DNA from: Camelus dromedarius
Taxonomy: Eukaryota
Direction of reading: 5' to 3'
Assembly (NCBI RefSeq): GCF_036321535.1
Contig: NC_087447.1
Span: forward strand, 33,234,001 to 33,298,000
DNA length: 64,000 nucleotides
Numbering within the stretch: position 1 is the first letter of the stretch; each line of letters begins with the position of its first letter. Below the pieces are notes generated by a model that saw nothing but the letters and a program-made list of their open reading frames with translations, was not told where the DNA came from and ran no database searches. A program made the translations under genes and the position numbers. Below, piece by piece: positions 27,191 to 39,951 of the stretch.

Positions 27191-28064
27191 TAGGGATACA
27201 GTCCCTCAAACCTATTCAGGACAAGTGGCTGGAAGTTCCCTATTTCCACTTTTTTGACTTTTGGTTTATAAAATAGAAAAGAAACACTAACCAAAAGGGT
27301 CAAATTAATAGATCTATGAATTGCACTGCATAAATTGCATTAATTGCCTTGAAGACTATGGCTTAGATCTGAAGGTAAATGCAATCTCCTAGACTCCTCA
27401 TGCTTCTAGACCAGCACCATCAAAGGGAATACAGTGGGAGCCCAGATCTGAGCCACCTACATCTTCTTAATCTTCTTCATAATCACTTTTTAAAAAGCAA
27501 AATGGGTAAAATTAAGTAACATCCTATAAGATTCATTATGTCCAAAATAGCATCCTCAAACATCATTAATACAAAACGTTACTACTGAGATTTCTTTTCA
27601 CATTAATTCATCAGCATCTGCTGTGTATTTATAGCACATTTCAAAGTGAAAAGAATAGACCAACTGGTTACAAGTAGCAAACCTGGAGAGCGGCGGGCCT
27701 GAGGCGGGTCCTGCCCAACCGACTTCCTTCAGGGAGGAGCCTCCAGCTAGGAGTTGGGGCGGGGGACTGGTCAGCTCAAGAGTGGAGCCCCCCACTCCCC
27801 CGCAGAAAGGAAAACAGATTCACCCTCTTCTAGGGAAACATGGCCCAGTGAATGTCTCAGGCTCTGACCAGTCAAATTGGAGGGGCAGCAGAAACAAGAA
27901 AGCAGCAGCAATCCCACCGCCTCCAGTTTTCCACAGAGGAGGGAGAAGGAAGCACTGCTTCTCTGTTATCCAGAGTAAAAATGGCAGAGAAAACGGCTTC
28001 CCCTTCTCTCACTGTAAAACCTTTGCACGTGACGGTGACAGCTAATGCTTCCTGAGCAAGGCAC

Positions 28065-28220
28065 CACATCAAGCAACTTAAGAAACAGATTTCATGTAAC
28101 CTTTACAGCAAACTCCCTTTTCAGGTAAGGAGACTGAGGCATAGTGAGGCTAGATACTTTATCTGAGGCCAGTTAGTAAGAAGTGGGTTTGAATTTGGAA
28201 ACCAGGTCTTTGACCCCTGA
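28065..28220 (-). mobile_element. MIR SINE
   Basis: aggagactgaggcatagtgagg ... ggtttgaatttggaaaccaggtct. Confidence 0.65.
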
Positions 28221-28249
28221 AGCCTCACTTCCTGAAATTCTACAGGGTA

Positions 28250-28560
28250 ACAATTTTCCCCCGTCTTTTCACCTGGCCAACTCCTGTGTACCCTTCCAAG
28301 GTCTGTTGAAATACCCGTTCCTCTGTGAAATCTTCCCTGATCTCTTTTCAGTAAAGCAGACCCCACTCCAGCTCCGCCCAGCCGTCCCTCTCACATGACC
28401 CTGGTTGAGTTTGTTTCCTATCAGGACTTGAAATTGTTACAAACACATTTCACACATTTGTTTGCTCCCTGCCTGTCTCCGCAGGAACATAAGTTCTATG
28501 AGAGCAAAGACCTCGTCTGTCCTGTTTACTGTCATAACCCTGGGGTTTAAATCAGTGATT
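28250..28560 (+). mobile_element. LINE-2 3' end
   Basis: cacctggccaactcctg ... cataagttctatgagagcaaagacctcgtctgtcctgtttactg. Confidence 0.75.
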
Positions 28561-29074
28561 TGTGCATAGAGGAGGAAGAACTGACGAATCTATGAGATCT
28601 GTCAGGCTGATTATGAGGCCTTCTGATGCCAAAAATCCTTTAGGCATAAAAAGGAAAGGACAGTCCGCAAATACCCCGCCGTTAGTAGGGGTAATGGAGG
28701 CGATCTTAGGTAATTCAAGAATTTTCCTCTGCTGTATTTTACTCTTGCCTACACTCGTGTTCATAATTTGGTACATAATGGGATTCTGAAATCAATAACA
28801 TAACATTTTACCAGATGTCAACAGGCATAAGAGAACTAGGTTGAAATGTTATGTAAAAGCACAGATCGCGCAGAGACCACCCTCGTCATAACGATGGCAC
28901 AGCTAATCCCACGTGTTCGCCGGAAGCTGAAGGACAGAACTTAGTTGTTAACAGTACTAACAGCTAACATTTTCAAGTGCTTGTAATTCCCGAGGTTTTA
29001 GCAAGTATTACATAATTTAACCTTGGTAACCTTCCTATGAAGTAAATCATAGTATCATTTCTGTAATTTGGAGG

Positions 29075-29603
29075 TGTATTAGGGTTTCTCCAGAGAAACG
29101 GAACCAATGGGATAAACGCACACACACATATATACACACACATGAAGAGATTTATTAAAGGAATTAGTTCACACCATTACAGAGGCCAGGAAGTCCTACA
29201 ATTTACCACCTGCAAGTGAGAGAACTAGGGAAACACAGAATCCTGAAGGCCTAAGAATCCGGGGGCCTCTGGTGTAACTCCCAGCTCAAATCTAAGAGCC
29301 TGAGAACATGAGGCGCCACTGGTGTTAAGTCCCAAAGGCTGAAGACCCGAGAACCAGGAGCTCCAAGGCCCGGCAGCAGGAAAAGGTGGCCATTCCAGCT
29401 CAAGAAGAGCCAGAATTCACCCTTCCTCCGCCTCTCTGCTCTATTCCGGCCCTCAACAGTTTGCATGATGCCCACCCACACTGGGGAGGGCAGTCCTCTT
29501 TCCTGAGTCTACTGATTCAGGCGCCCTCGCAGACACGCAAAAGTAATGTTTTCCCAGCTAGTCCCTTAGTCCAGTCAAGTGTACATATAAATTAGCCACT
29601 ACA
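29075..29603 (-). mobile_element. MLT2 (ERVL) solo LTR interrupting a MIR
   Basis: tgtattagggtttctccagagaaacggaaccaatggga ... ccagtcaagtgtacatataaattagccactaca; reverse MIR pieces on both sides (~28950-29074 and ~29604-29720). Confidence 0.9.
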
Positions 29604-31829
29604 GAAAAGAAAACCAAGAAATCAGAGGAGTTAAGGAATTTGTTCAAGGCCCCAGAGCAAACAAGAAGCCGAGCCAAGGTTCACAGCCAGGACTGCAGGA
29701 GTCCAAAGCCACAGCCGCGCTAAGTGAGGCTGGAGCGACAGACATGGCTTAAGGAAATGGATACTGACAGCATGGCCTTCCCAGGAGACTCAGAAGCAGA
29801 GTGACACTAAGGTCCTGTTTGCCTTGTTAACGTGTCTACCTCCGTGTGGTTCAGGAGCACAAAGCATTTTTCACTACGGCTGGACTGCTGGGCCCATGCA
29901 GACAGATTCTTGAAGACGCCCTAAGACAGATTAATTTTTTTTTAATTTAAGAACATAGATCCAACCTCTGATCCAGCAACAGCCTACTCCACTTAATTCC
30001 CGTGGCAGTAATGATAGAAGCGTGAGTGGAAAGCAGATCTAGTTATTCATCCTCACGCCGTGTCACTCCTGGGTCTCGCAGGGCAGAGAACAGGTGACAG
30101 GTGTCCTTGAATATATGGGAAGCCAGCCATTTCACGTCTATCACTTTCAGACCCCAGGGTTTATCAGAAAGCAAGAAGCTCTTAATTTCTTTGAGTTGGG
30201 AAAATACACATTTTTCTTTTACTTGGTGAAATAAAAATCTGTCAAAGTAGTTAAGAATTTCTCATTGCCATGCCTTTGGTATTATCAGGAGTAAAAGCCA
30301 GGAGACCAGGCCAGATTCCCCTTGGGGAGTGAAGGTGAGGAGAGCATTTGAGAAGGATTCTCTTGGAGAGATTCAGAAAGCAGTACACTAAGTAGACAGA
30401 GAAATTTCCGAAGTTCCAGACACGGGTGGTAAATACTTATTGAGGATGACCATGGGGTAGGCACTAGAGGTAAAAATCTCCATCAAACTTGGTCTTTGCC
30501 CTCAGGAAGCTGAGAAACTCACTGTACAGAGACAGAGAATTAAGATGAACTGCCCCACAAGGGGAAAAGTATGTGAAAAGAGGTACGTTTCAAATTTTAC
30601 CAGAACTGGATGACAAAACTCTTTATTCTCCCATGGAGAAGGGTAACATTTGCACTGAGCCTTAAAAGAAAAGCAGGATTTCACAACTCATCACGTGTCT
30701 AACATTGCATTCGGTGCTAGGGCTGCAGAAAATGATAAATCTTGTTCTAGAATGACACAAAACCAAAAAGATGACCCAACAACAGAAGGTGGGAGGAAAA
30801 AAGGTGGGGCCTATAAGTCTGTTGGAAGTCCCATCGCTCAGAGACCCCCTGGATGTCTCAATGCAAAACCAAGCACTCGCATCCAAACTAGAGCTGTACG
30901 TTCTAGAGCTGTAAAGCCCTGTTTATACAAATAATCCATTGCTACATCTGAGTTAATTACCTCTCGCCCAAAACCAACAGAAAGTACACTTGGCACTGTG
31001 GATAAAGAAATGTAAAGTTCATATTCGATCTGGGAGACCGCCTTGTTTTATCAGAGCGGATAAACACAAATATCGCCATTAGGGTTTCGGCAATTAAGGC
31101 TTAAGCGTCACCATGAGAGCAGGGTAAAATGCTGAGAAGTCTCCCATCGCGCTTCCTAAGCAAATCTCAACGCACAGCCCAGTGAAATAAGAAATGACAT
31201 GGAACGTGCTTACTAATAAAAGCAAAAGAAAAACAACAATTTAATTTAAACCAGCTAATCCAAATGTTTGATTCACTTAAAGCTTGGAAAATGCCATTTC
31301 ATTAAATCATGTTTTCATTTCCAAAGATGATGGTGAGACCCAAACTATTTTATTATAATAGAAGATAAGAACATATGAAGATCATACACTTTTAGACTAA
31401 GTAATTTAAAAGGTATTTGAGTTTTTAGAAAAAAATTTTATAGTGAACTTATGAATTGCTAACCCTAAACCAAGAGAACCTTGGACAAATTTGCCTCGAC
31501 AGCCACCCATGGATCTGTGCCCATGTAACTGCCCCTTTACTGGTGGGTCCATCAGTACACAGTATGGGAGCTGTGCCCACTAATGAGTATTAAAATCTGA
31601 GAGAGGACTTGGCCTTGTACATAATGACATTGCTTATATATTCTGGGATCTTCCATCGCCTAGATTTTGAGCTAAAACCTAATCTCCTTTGGCTGGAAAA
31701 TGTCGAACAATTGACATAACAGGTTTTAATCAAAAAAACTCTCAGCAGATAAGAGAAATGTAAGAAAAAAAGTAAGAATAGTTTCTTTAAACTATTTAAA
31801 TGACTTTGGCAATAATTCAACTACTTACT

Positions 31830-32480
31830 TTTTTCATGATTATGAAAATAACTCATGGTCATCATAGAAAAATAAATACAGATAAGTAAAAACTTTTAAA
31901 TCGTTCACAATCTAGAGCCAGTTTTCAATGTGGGATTCAATTTCCAAATATTGATACAAGCTTCTAAAAGAACAAATTCATTTAACACCCCATTTGCAGC
32001 TTGCTTTTTGTACACAGAATAATATAGCAAGTATTTACTTTCTCTTTTATTGCAGACTCCATGTTCCTCAATTCCTTGGATGAACACTAATGACGTTTGA
32101 CCAGTTTCTTGTTATTGGACACTGTTTGTTTCAGTCATTCTCTAGTTTAAAAACAACAGGTGGATAAACATCTACATATTGAAATATTTGTGCACAACCA
32201 CAACATGTCCTCAAGATAAATTCTTAGGAGTGAATTGCTGGTTCAGAGGATGTGCAAAATTTTAAGTCTTTTGATGAGTACTGCCGAATTGCGGTGCTAA
32301 AAAAAAAAAAAAAAATAGTTTCCATCTGCCTTCCAAAAAGAAAGTACGAGGGTGTCGATTTCCCTGTTTGTGTTATCTTTACCTTAATCTTGACTTGTTT
32401 AATAGTTTGGAAAGTAGCATCTAATTGCTTTAATTTGTCTGTATTTGATTAACAGAGAAGATGAACTTTTTTTCATTAGA
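31830..32480 (-). mobile_element. Ancient L1ME-like remnant hosting a nest of younger L1s
   Basis: gataaattcttaggagtgaattgctggttcagagg ... ttttgatgagtactgccgaattgc; continues after 33960. Confidence 0.75.
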
Positions 32481-32487
32481 TCACCTT

Positions 32488-32715
32488 TTTTTTTTTCTTT
32501 TTAATTGATGTAGAGTTCACTTATACTGTTATCGTAGTTTCAGATGTACAACATACTGATACGGTATTTTTATAGTTAGGCACCATACAAAGTTATTACA
32601 ATATTATTGATTATTGATTATTATTGATTCCCTGGACTATACACTATATCCCTGTGAGTTATTTACTTTTTAACTGGCAGTTTGTATCTCTCAGTCTCTT
32701 TTACCTGTTTCATCC
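32488..32715 (-). mobile_element. L1 3' end (L1MA-like)
   Basis: Poly-T, then ttaattgatgtagagttcacttata ... gtttcagatgtacaacata ... aactggcagtttgtatctc. Confidence 0.85.
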
Positions 32716-32728
32716 ATCCTAGCTTTTT

Positions 32729-33060
32729 TAAATTGAAATATAGTTGATTTACAACATTTCAGCTATACAACAAAGTGATTCAGTTACACACATAAACATA
32801 CACACAAACATATATATACACATTCTTTTTCAGATTCTTTTCTCGTATAGGTTATTACAAGATACTGAGTATGTATTGTGATATACAGCAGGTCCTTACT
32901 GTTTACCTATTTTACATATAGTAAGTAGTATGTAGCTATTAATCCCAAATTCCTAATTTATCCCTGCTCACCCCCAACTGCTTTCCTGTTTAGTAACCAC
33001 TAGTTTGTTTTCTATGTCTATGAGTCTACTTCTGTTTTGTAACTAAGTTCATTTCTATCA
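32729..33060 (-). mobile_element. Cetartiodactyl-type L1 3' UTR
   Basis: attgaaatatagttgatttacaac ... ttttcagattctttt ... gtaaccactagtttgttttctatgtctatgagtct. Confidence 0.9.
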
Positions 33061-33925
33061 CATTTAGAGAAGAGTTAACACTTACACTTCTGAACTGGTC
33101 CAGAAAATTGCAGAGTAAGAAACAGTTCCAAACTCATTCTATGCGGCCACTATCACCCTGATACCAAAACCAGAAAAAGATATCTCAAAAAAAGAAAATC
33201 ACAGACCAATATCATACATGCAAAATTCTTCAACAAAATACTAGCAAACTGAATCCAACGATACATTAAAAAGGATCATATATACCATATGATCCAGCAA
33301 TCCTACTCCTGGGCATATATCCAGAGGGAACCTTTATTCAAAAAGATACATGCACCCCAATGTTCATAGCAGCATTATTTACAGTAGCCAAGACATGGAA
33401 ACAACCTGAATGTCCATCGACAGATAACTGGATAAGGAAGCTGTGGTATATTTATACAATGGAATACTACACTGCCATAAAAAGAACAAAATAATGCCAT
33501 TTGCAGCAACATGGATAGACCTGCAGATCATCATTCTAGGTGAAGTAAGCCAGAAAGAGAAAGAAAAATACCATATGGTATCACTTATATGTGGAATCCC
33601 CAAAAAATGACACTTATTTATAAAACAGAAATAGACTTGCAGACATAGAAAACAAACTTAGGGCTACAGAGGGGAAGGGGATGGGAAGGGATAAATTGGG
33701 AATTTGAGATTTGCAGATATTAATATATATAAAATAGATAAAAAAAACAAGTGTATACTGTACAGCACAGGGAACTATATACAATATCTTGTAGTAATTT
33801 TGGTGAAAAAGAATGTGAAAATGAATATATGTTAATATATGACTGAAGCATTATGCTGTACACCAGAAACTGACACAACATTGTAAATGGACTATGCTTC
33901 AATAAATATATATATACAAAAAAAG
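33055..33925 (+). mobile_element. L1 ORF2 RT fragment fused to ORF2 C-terminus plus 3' UTR
   Basis: Degenerate KILNKILANRIQQHIKKII-like segment joined at ~33280 to PYDPAILLLGIYP, followed by a full 3' UTR, AATAAA and an A-rich tail. Confidence 0.92.
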
Positions 33926-34140
33926 AAATGTCACCATGAAATTATAAAAAAAATCATAGATCCTAGCTTTTTAATGGGTTGTTTATACTTCTTTTATGAA
34001 ATGCCTTCTTAAACGTCTTGTTTTGTTCCATATTGAAAATGTACATGTTTATCTTTTTACCAATTTGATGAAGTTCTTAACATATTAAGAATACACTCAG
34101 CGGTATTATATAGCAAATGTGTTATTTGTTCTTTACTTTT

Positions 34141-34531
34141 TTTTAACGTTTTTTATTGATTTATAATCATTTTACAATGTTGTGTCAAATTCCAGTGTTC
34201 AGCACAATTTTTCAGTCATACATGGACATACACACACTCACTGTCACATTTTTTTCTCTGTGAGCTACCATAACATTTTGTATATATTTCCCTGTGCTAT
34301 ACAGTGTAATCTTGTTTATCTATTCTACAATTTTGAAATCCCAGTCTATCCCTTCCCACCCTCCACCCCCCTGGCAACCACAAGTCTGTATTCTCTGTCT
34401 ATGAGTCTATTTCTGTCCTGTATTTACGCTTTGTTTTTGTTTGTTTTTGTTTTTGCTTTTTAGATTCCACATATGAGTGATCTCATATGGTATTTTTCTT
34501 TCTCTTTCTGGCTTACTTCACTTAGAATGAC
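34141..34531 (-). mobile_element. Young camelid L1, 5'-truncated, with perfect 17-bp TSD
   Basis: TSD atttgttctttactttt at 34124-34140 and 34532-34548, followed by AA (L1 endonuclease TTTT/AA site). Confidence 0.95.
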
Positions 34532-34659
34532 ATTTGTTCTTTACTTTTAAAGCCTTCAAATTTAGAAACCCACGAATCTCTTTTCTTATCCTTTTCCCTA
34601 GAAACATCTTCAATTTTTCAGACCTCTGACAGCCAGGTATTTTTTACCATGGAAATCAT

Positions 34660-34840
34660 GGACATAAAAGAGGCTGTATCTAGAAGCCAAGCATGGTTTT
34701 GTATCACATTTCTGCCACCTAATCACTGTGTGATCTCAGGAAGTAATTCAGCATCTCTGAGCTTCAGTTCAGTTTCCTTATCTGGGCTAGACAATTTTCA
34801 ACATCCTTTCTGGTTTTCAAATTTGGTGATTCTATGAACT
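34660..34840 (+). mobile_element. MIR3-like SINE
   Basis: ctgccacctaatcactgtgtgatctcaggaagta ... tctctgagcttcagtt ... gtgattctatga. Confidence 0.7.
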
Positions 34841-35389
34841 AGCAAATATTAAAGTTTATATTTGATATACATTTACTTTTTAGAGGAGCACTTACTTTCA
34901 ACATTAATAAAAATGAAAAGGAATTTAATGGTGAGAAGATCTTGCTAAAGCAAATGGCTTGTTAAAAGAATGAGCTTTGTGCTCACATAAATATACATTC
35001 AGTCTCAAATGAATGCCCATGTGAAAGCTAGTCTGGGAGCTTTCCTTCTGGGAGCAGGTTATAGTATAATCCCAAGTTGTCAGAGTTCCTGAAAAGTTTC
35101 CTCAAGTTTACATAATCACCCTAATTTTTCAGATGATGACACTAAAGCCAGAAAGGGACAGTGACTAGTAAGCCATGCAGAGAATTAGATGAAGACTTGA
35201 GCAGGGATGTGAACCTCCTCATTTTGGCTACAGTCTGCCTTTAGCCTTGGATCCCAACTACAAGAGTTCAATTTTTTGTTTTGGAAATTAACAAATAAGG
35301 TCATATTACTTTGCCAATATCATGTCATCTCACCATGGCCAATATGATGTCATATAATTCACTAAAAGGGACTTTACCCAGGAATCAAT

Positions 35390-35580
35390 ATAACTCAGCT
35401 CAGCGTTTGGAAACCTGGGCAAACTGCAGAAGCTCTCTTACTTCAGTTCTTCTATTCTGGAAATGGACAGGATGAAGTACCAACCTCACAGGCACGCTGT
35501 GAAGGTGAAATTCATTCACACGTGCTCAATGCTTGGCCCAGGGCCTGGACAGATGACAATGCTCAGTAAACGTTAGGGGT
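35390..35580 (+). mobile_element. MIR SINE
   Basis: cctgggcaaa ... ggaaatggacaggatgaagtaccaacctcacagg ... gctcagtaaacgttag. Confidence 0.7.
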
Positions 35581-35989
35581 CAGTGATATACTGAATTAGA
35601 TATTACGTTCCAAAGTGTACAGCGTGGAAATCTCATTTCCCACCATCCCTCCTTTCACAATCTCGCTATGAGCAGAAGTCAAAAAGTTATTTGAATAACC
35701 AGCAAGTACTTTCTACAAAAGTTTTCACTGAATTTCAATGGTGTGTTCAGAATGATCTCAAACTGTATGAGGGGTAAAAGATGAAAGAGAAAAGAACCAC
35801 ATCCAGGCAGTTCCTCCGACAGGAGGCATCCCCAACCCCCGGCTCCCGTCTGGGCTACGTTTAGACAAGCCCTCCTCAGGATTTCTTCAGTATGAAACCA
35901 TTAAAAAATAAAACTAGAGATCAATACCCTTCTGAAATCGGACCGACCATCAGCTAGAAAAGACAACAGAAGTTTCCATTCATAATAGT

Positions 35990-36865
35990 GAACCATATGC
36001 TTAAATACACAGTTTAATTCATTTATAAAGAAATGTGCAAGAACTATAATAAGAAAATATACTTAATTTTATTAAGGGGTGTGGAAGTTGACTTGTAAAA
36101 GAGAGAGATGCTACGTTCCTATAAAGATGTCAATGCTTTCAAAATTACTTACTTATAAATGTAATGTAATTCCAATGTAAATATGTCTTTGAAATTTGAT
36201 AAATTATTGGAAACGCCTTCCAAAAACTCAATAAGAAAAAAGAGTTAAAGAATTTTTAAAGGAAAAAAGAAAAGAAAGAAAAAGAATGTTTTGAGGTAAA
36301 AACTTACAGAGCCTGATGTTAAAAACATAGTATAAAACTACAAAAAACTGAAATACTGAATTAAGTTATTTTTATCTGATAAAAGATATTTTAAATCAGT
36401 AGTAAAATGAGGATTATTAAGTAAATCATTCTGATACATTCGATTAAACTATTTGAAGAAAAAAATAATACTGCTAGACCCCTACTCATACCACAAGGTG
36501 AAGTAAAGCCCAAATAATTGTTTTAAATGAAACTAAAATAATGCACAAGTCACAACAGCCCATCAGTATCTTTCTAATCATCAAAGCAAGAAAGTAATGA
36601 TGATGAAGATTTTAAAGATCTGATGTAACCCAAAAACTTCTCACAATCCAGGAACACCATAAATAAAATCAAAAGGCAAATGACATACTTGGAAAAAACA
36701 ACATATTTTTAAGCCATAAAAGTTAAAAAAAATAAATACAATAATAAAAAATGGGCAAAAGACATGAATTTGCAATTCACAAAAGACATGCACATGGACA
36801 ATATGTACATAAAAATATTTAACACATTAGTCATCAGAAGAAAGTAAATTAAAACAACAGCCTGC
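35990..36865 (+). mobile_element. Ancient L1M ORF2 remnant
   Basis: A-rich; ataaagatgtcaat ... aaaatgggcaaaagacatgaatttgcaattcacaaaaga. Confidence 0.8.
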
Positions 36866-36869
36866 GCAT

Positions 36870-37935
36870 GCCTCAGGACCTTTGCATCTGCTACGTCCAT
36901 AGCAATGGAATGCTCTCCATTGGTAGCTTTTCCTCTCTCAGATCTCAGCTGCCTCTTCAGTGACCAACTAAACCAACTCACCAGTACTTTCAATGAATCT
37001 CTAGAGTCTAAGATATACCCATTTTTGTTTTCTTCCCAGAGCTATCAGAGATGCCCTTGCTCACTGTATCTCCATGTCTGGAACTGGCATATGGAAGACC
37101 ACTGAATAAATATCTGTGGATTGATTTGCTAAATTAATCAATAGTTGACTATACTCCCGAAATATATGCAGAATGTTACCACTCAGCATCTCCACTGCTA
37201 CCACTGTGGCCCAAGGTACCACCATCTCTTCCTGGATTTTTCCAATAGCCTCCTGAGTGATCTACCTGCCACCAACCTTGCCACCTTCATCCTCCCAAAA
37301 TCTATTCTAGAACATGAGTTAGCCTTAGTGATTCTTAGAAATAAGTCAGATAGCATGACTCTTCAGCTCAGATTTCCCTGTGGGGAATTTCACCCAGCAC
37401 AAAAGCGCAAGTTCTTAACAACAACACACAAGGCCTTGGACACCTCACTTTGCTCTGACCTCTCTGCCTCACCTCCCACCTTCCTCCCCTCCTGCACTCC
37501 AGCCACACTGGCCGGCCAGGCCTCAGCTGCTCCTGGCTCCTGCCCAGAACTTTCCTGCCTTGGGACATTCGCACTGGCTGTTTCCTCAGCCTGGAATTCT
37601 TATCTCCAGATGCCCGCAGGGCTCACTCATTCTCTTCAAGTCTCACCAATTGCTGTCTTCTCAGTGAGGACCACCCTGACCACCCAACTGAAAACTGTAC
37701 CCTTACCATGACCAGCATTACCCATCTGCCTGACTCTGGTGTATTTTTCTCCCTAACACCATCTTCTAAACCATTATATTTATGTTCTACTTCTGGTGGC
37801 TGCAAAGGATGGAAACCCTACAGAAGCAGGATTTTCGTCAGTTTGGTTCATCGCTGTATCCCCTCACCACCACCAGCCCCTAGAACAATGCCTGATGCAC
37901 TGCAAGCTCTCAGTAAACAACTGCTGGACGAATGA
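36870..37935 (+). mobile_element. LINE-2 3' fragments (two tandem tails)
   Basis: cctcaggacctttgca ... tgaataaatatctg; second copy ends cctagaacaatgcctgatgcac ... gacgaatgaa. Confidence 0.85.
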
Positions 37936-39120
37936 ACAAGCCAGGAGGAGAAGGAAGAGAATAGATACTTACTTTGGCACTATCTGTGTCAAACATGTGG
38001 TGAAGATCTCTTCCTTATCTCTCTGCCACTGCTGCCCCAGAATTTATAAATGAAACAAGTCATGTCCCATTGAAGGAAGCCCAGAGTTAAACAGATACAA
38101 ATAAAATGCAACCACTGGATTTTACGGGGTGCAGAGTCCAGAAAGTGAGAGGTGCTGCTCTAGGGGCCCCTGTCCCGGGGACCCCCCTCCCCCAGCTGAC
38201 AGGACTCAGACCCCAGCTGCCGTGATGACCTAGGGGAACCAGCAGGGCCGTGAGGAGTTACTGAGAGTAGCCCCTTGAGCCCTAAACCCACACAGGCACA
38301 GCCTCTTGGCTGTCAAGATTGGATCCTAGAACCACAGGATTCCAGAATCAGGTGGATTCTTTGTGGTCCTTGAGTGCAACCTCCTCACTTGACAGATGAG
38401 AAAACTAAGCCCCAGAGAGGTTAAGTGAGGTCATTGTGGTACTTCTTCATCCTCGTTAAGGGAAGAGGAAAGAGGACAAACATTAAAGCACAAAACTTTA
38501 TAAAGAAAAAAAATTTATCTCAGAAAGAGGCTCTTGCTGACCTCACCCTGAGTTCTGCGGCTGATCCAGGATGTGGGTCTGCATATTCGAGTGTCACAGC
38601 AGATTTAGAAATAACTCCTCTCGTCTCAGTCAGACAACACTGCATATTTTAATTCTGTCAGTCTTTTCGGAGCTTGTGCTATCTCCACCTTATTAAATCA
38701 ACCTACCAAAAAAAAAATGCCAATTTAAAATAGACTGTCTCAAAAAATACATTTATATAATTTATGAGTTTTGAGTGTTCTCTATTCAGACTGGCATGTC
38801 CAAGAATCTGATTAAAACTATTAGTTTACAGAAGAAAGACTGAAGCCAGTCTTCAAAGTGAAGAGACAACCTTGCAGGTTTTTCTTTTGGTTTCCCGCAT
38901 CTCTCCCTGGTATTGCAACACTAAATAAAACCATACAGATATGTCCTGTGATGGGAGATGGGGCGGGGCCAGCCCAGTTAATAACCTTGCCGACAAAGGC
39001 AGACAATTATATCTTATTTTTATTCATGGGCTCTGAAAGCATTTAAAATGCAGCACAGCCATCACCAATGACTGACATCTACATCTGTGTGTGCTTGTGG
39101 CGTCGGCTGTCAAACTAACA

Positions 39121-39152
39121 TATATATATATATATATATATTTTTTTTTTTT
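39121..39152. repeat. (TA)10 followed by T12
   Basis: Read directly from the sequence. Confidence 0.97.
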
Positions 39153-39491
39153 CAATTTCACTTTTAAACCGGCCTGCAATGGGGAGCTACCATGAGTTAC
39201 TAAGCTGTGTGGGTCTTCAAAAGATTTAGCTTACGTGCAGCAGCATAAAGTGAGGACTTTGTTGGGAGTGGACCTGTATGTTCTGAGACCCATTTAACTC
39301 TGGAGGACCTTAAAGTGATGTCCCTGAATGGGCAGCCAGCCTTAAATAGCTTTTCCTGTTCCCTCATGGCTCGGCAGGAAAATACTTAGGAAATAGTGTA
39401 TGCATAGTACATCCTAAAAATGCAGCTCAGAAATCTTAAACACAGTTCACTTTAGAGTACAAGGAAGGAATGCAAAGAACTAGGAGACAAG

Positions 39492-39900
39492 CATCGACAG
39501 ATGACTGGATAAAGATGTGGTAAACCTATACAATGGAATACTACTCAGCCATAAAAAGGATGAAATCTTACCATTTGCAGCCACAAGGATGGACCTAGAG
39601 ATTATCAGTCTAAGTGAAGTAAATCAGATAGAGAAAGACAATTATGGTATGATATCACTTATATGTGGAATCTTTAAAAAGGACACAAATGAACTTATTT
39701 ACAGAATAGAAACAGACTCACAGACATAAAAAACAAACTTACAGTTACCAATAGGGAAAAGAGGGGTGGAAAGATAAATTGGGAGTTGAGGATTTGCAGA
39801 TACTAACTATTATATATAAAATAAACAAACAACAAGGTCCTACTGTATAGCACAGGGAACTATATACTTTGTAATAACCTGTAGTGGAAAAGAATATGAT
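39492..39900 (+). mobile_element. L1 ORF2 end plus partial 3' UTR
   Basis: catcgacagatgactggataaagatgtgg ... ggacctagagattatc ... gcacagggaactatat; stops before the normal tail. Confidence 0.9.
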
Positions 39901-39951
39901 ACATGCTAAAAACGGAATTTATAAGTCTCACTTTCTCTTGTGTACACAAAT

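Noticed and set aside
37145..37711. 188-aa ORF, the longest in the window
   Set aside because: Entirely within a degraded L2; low-information translation with a non-ATG start.
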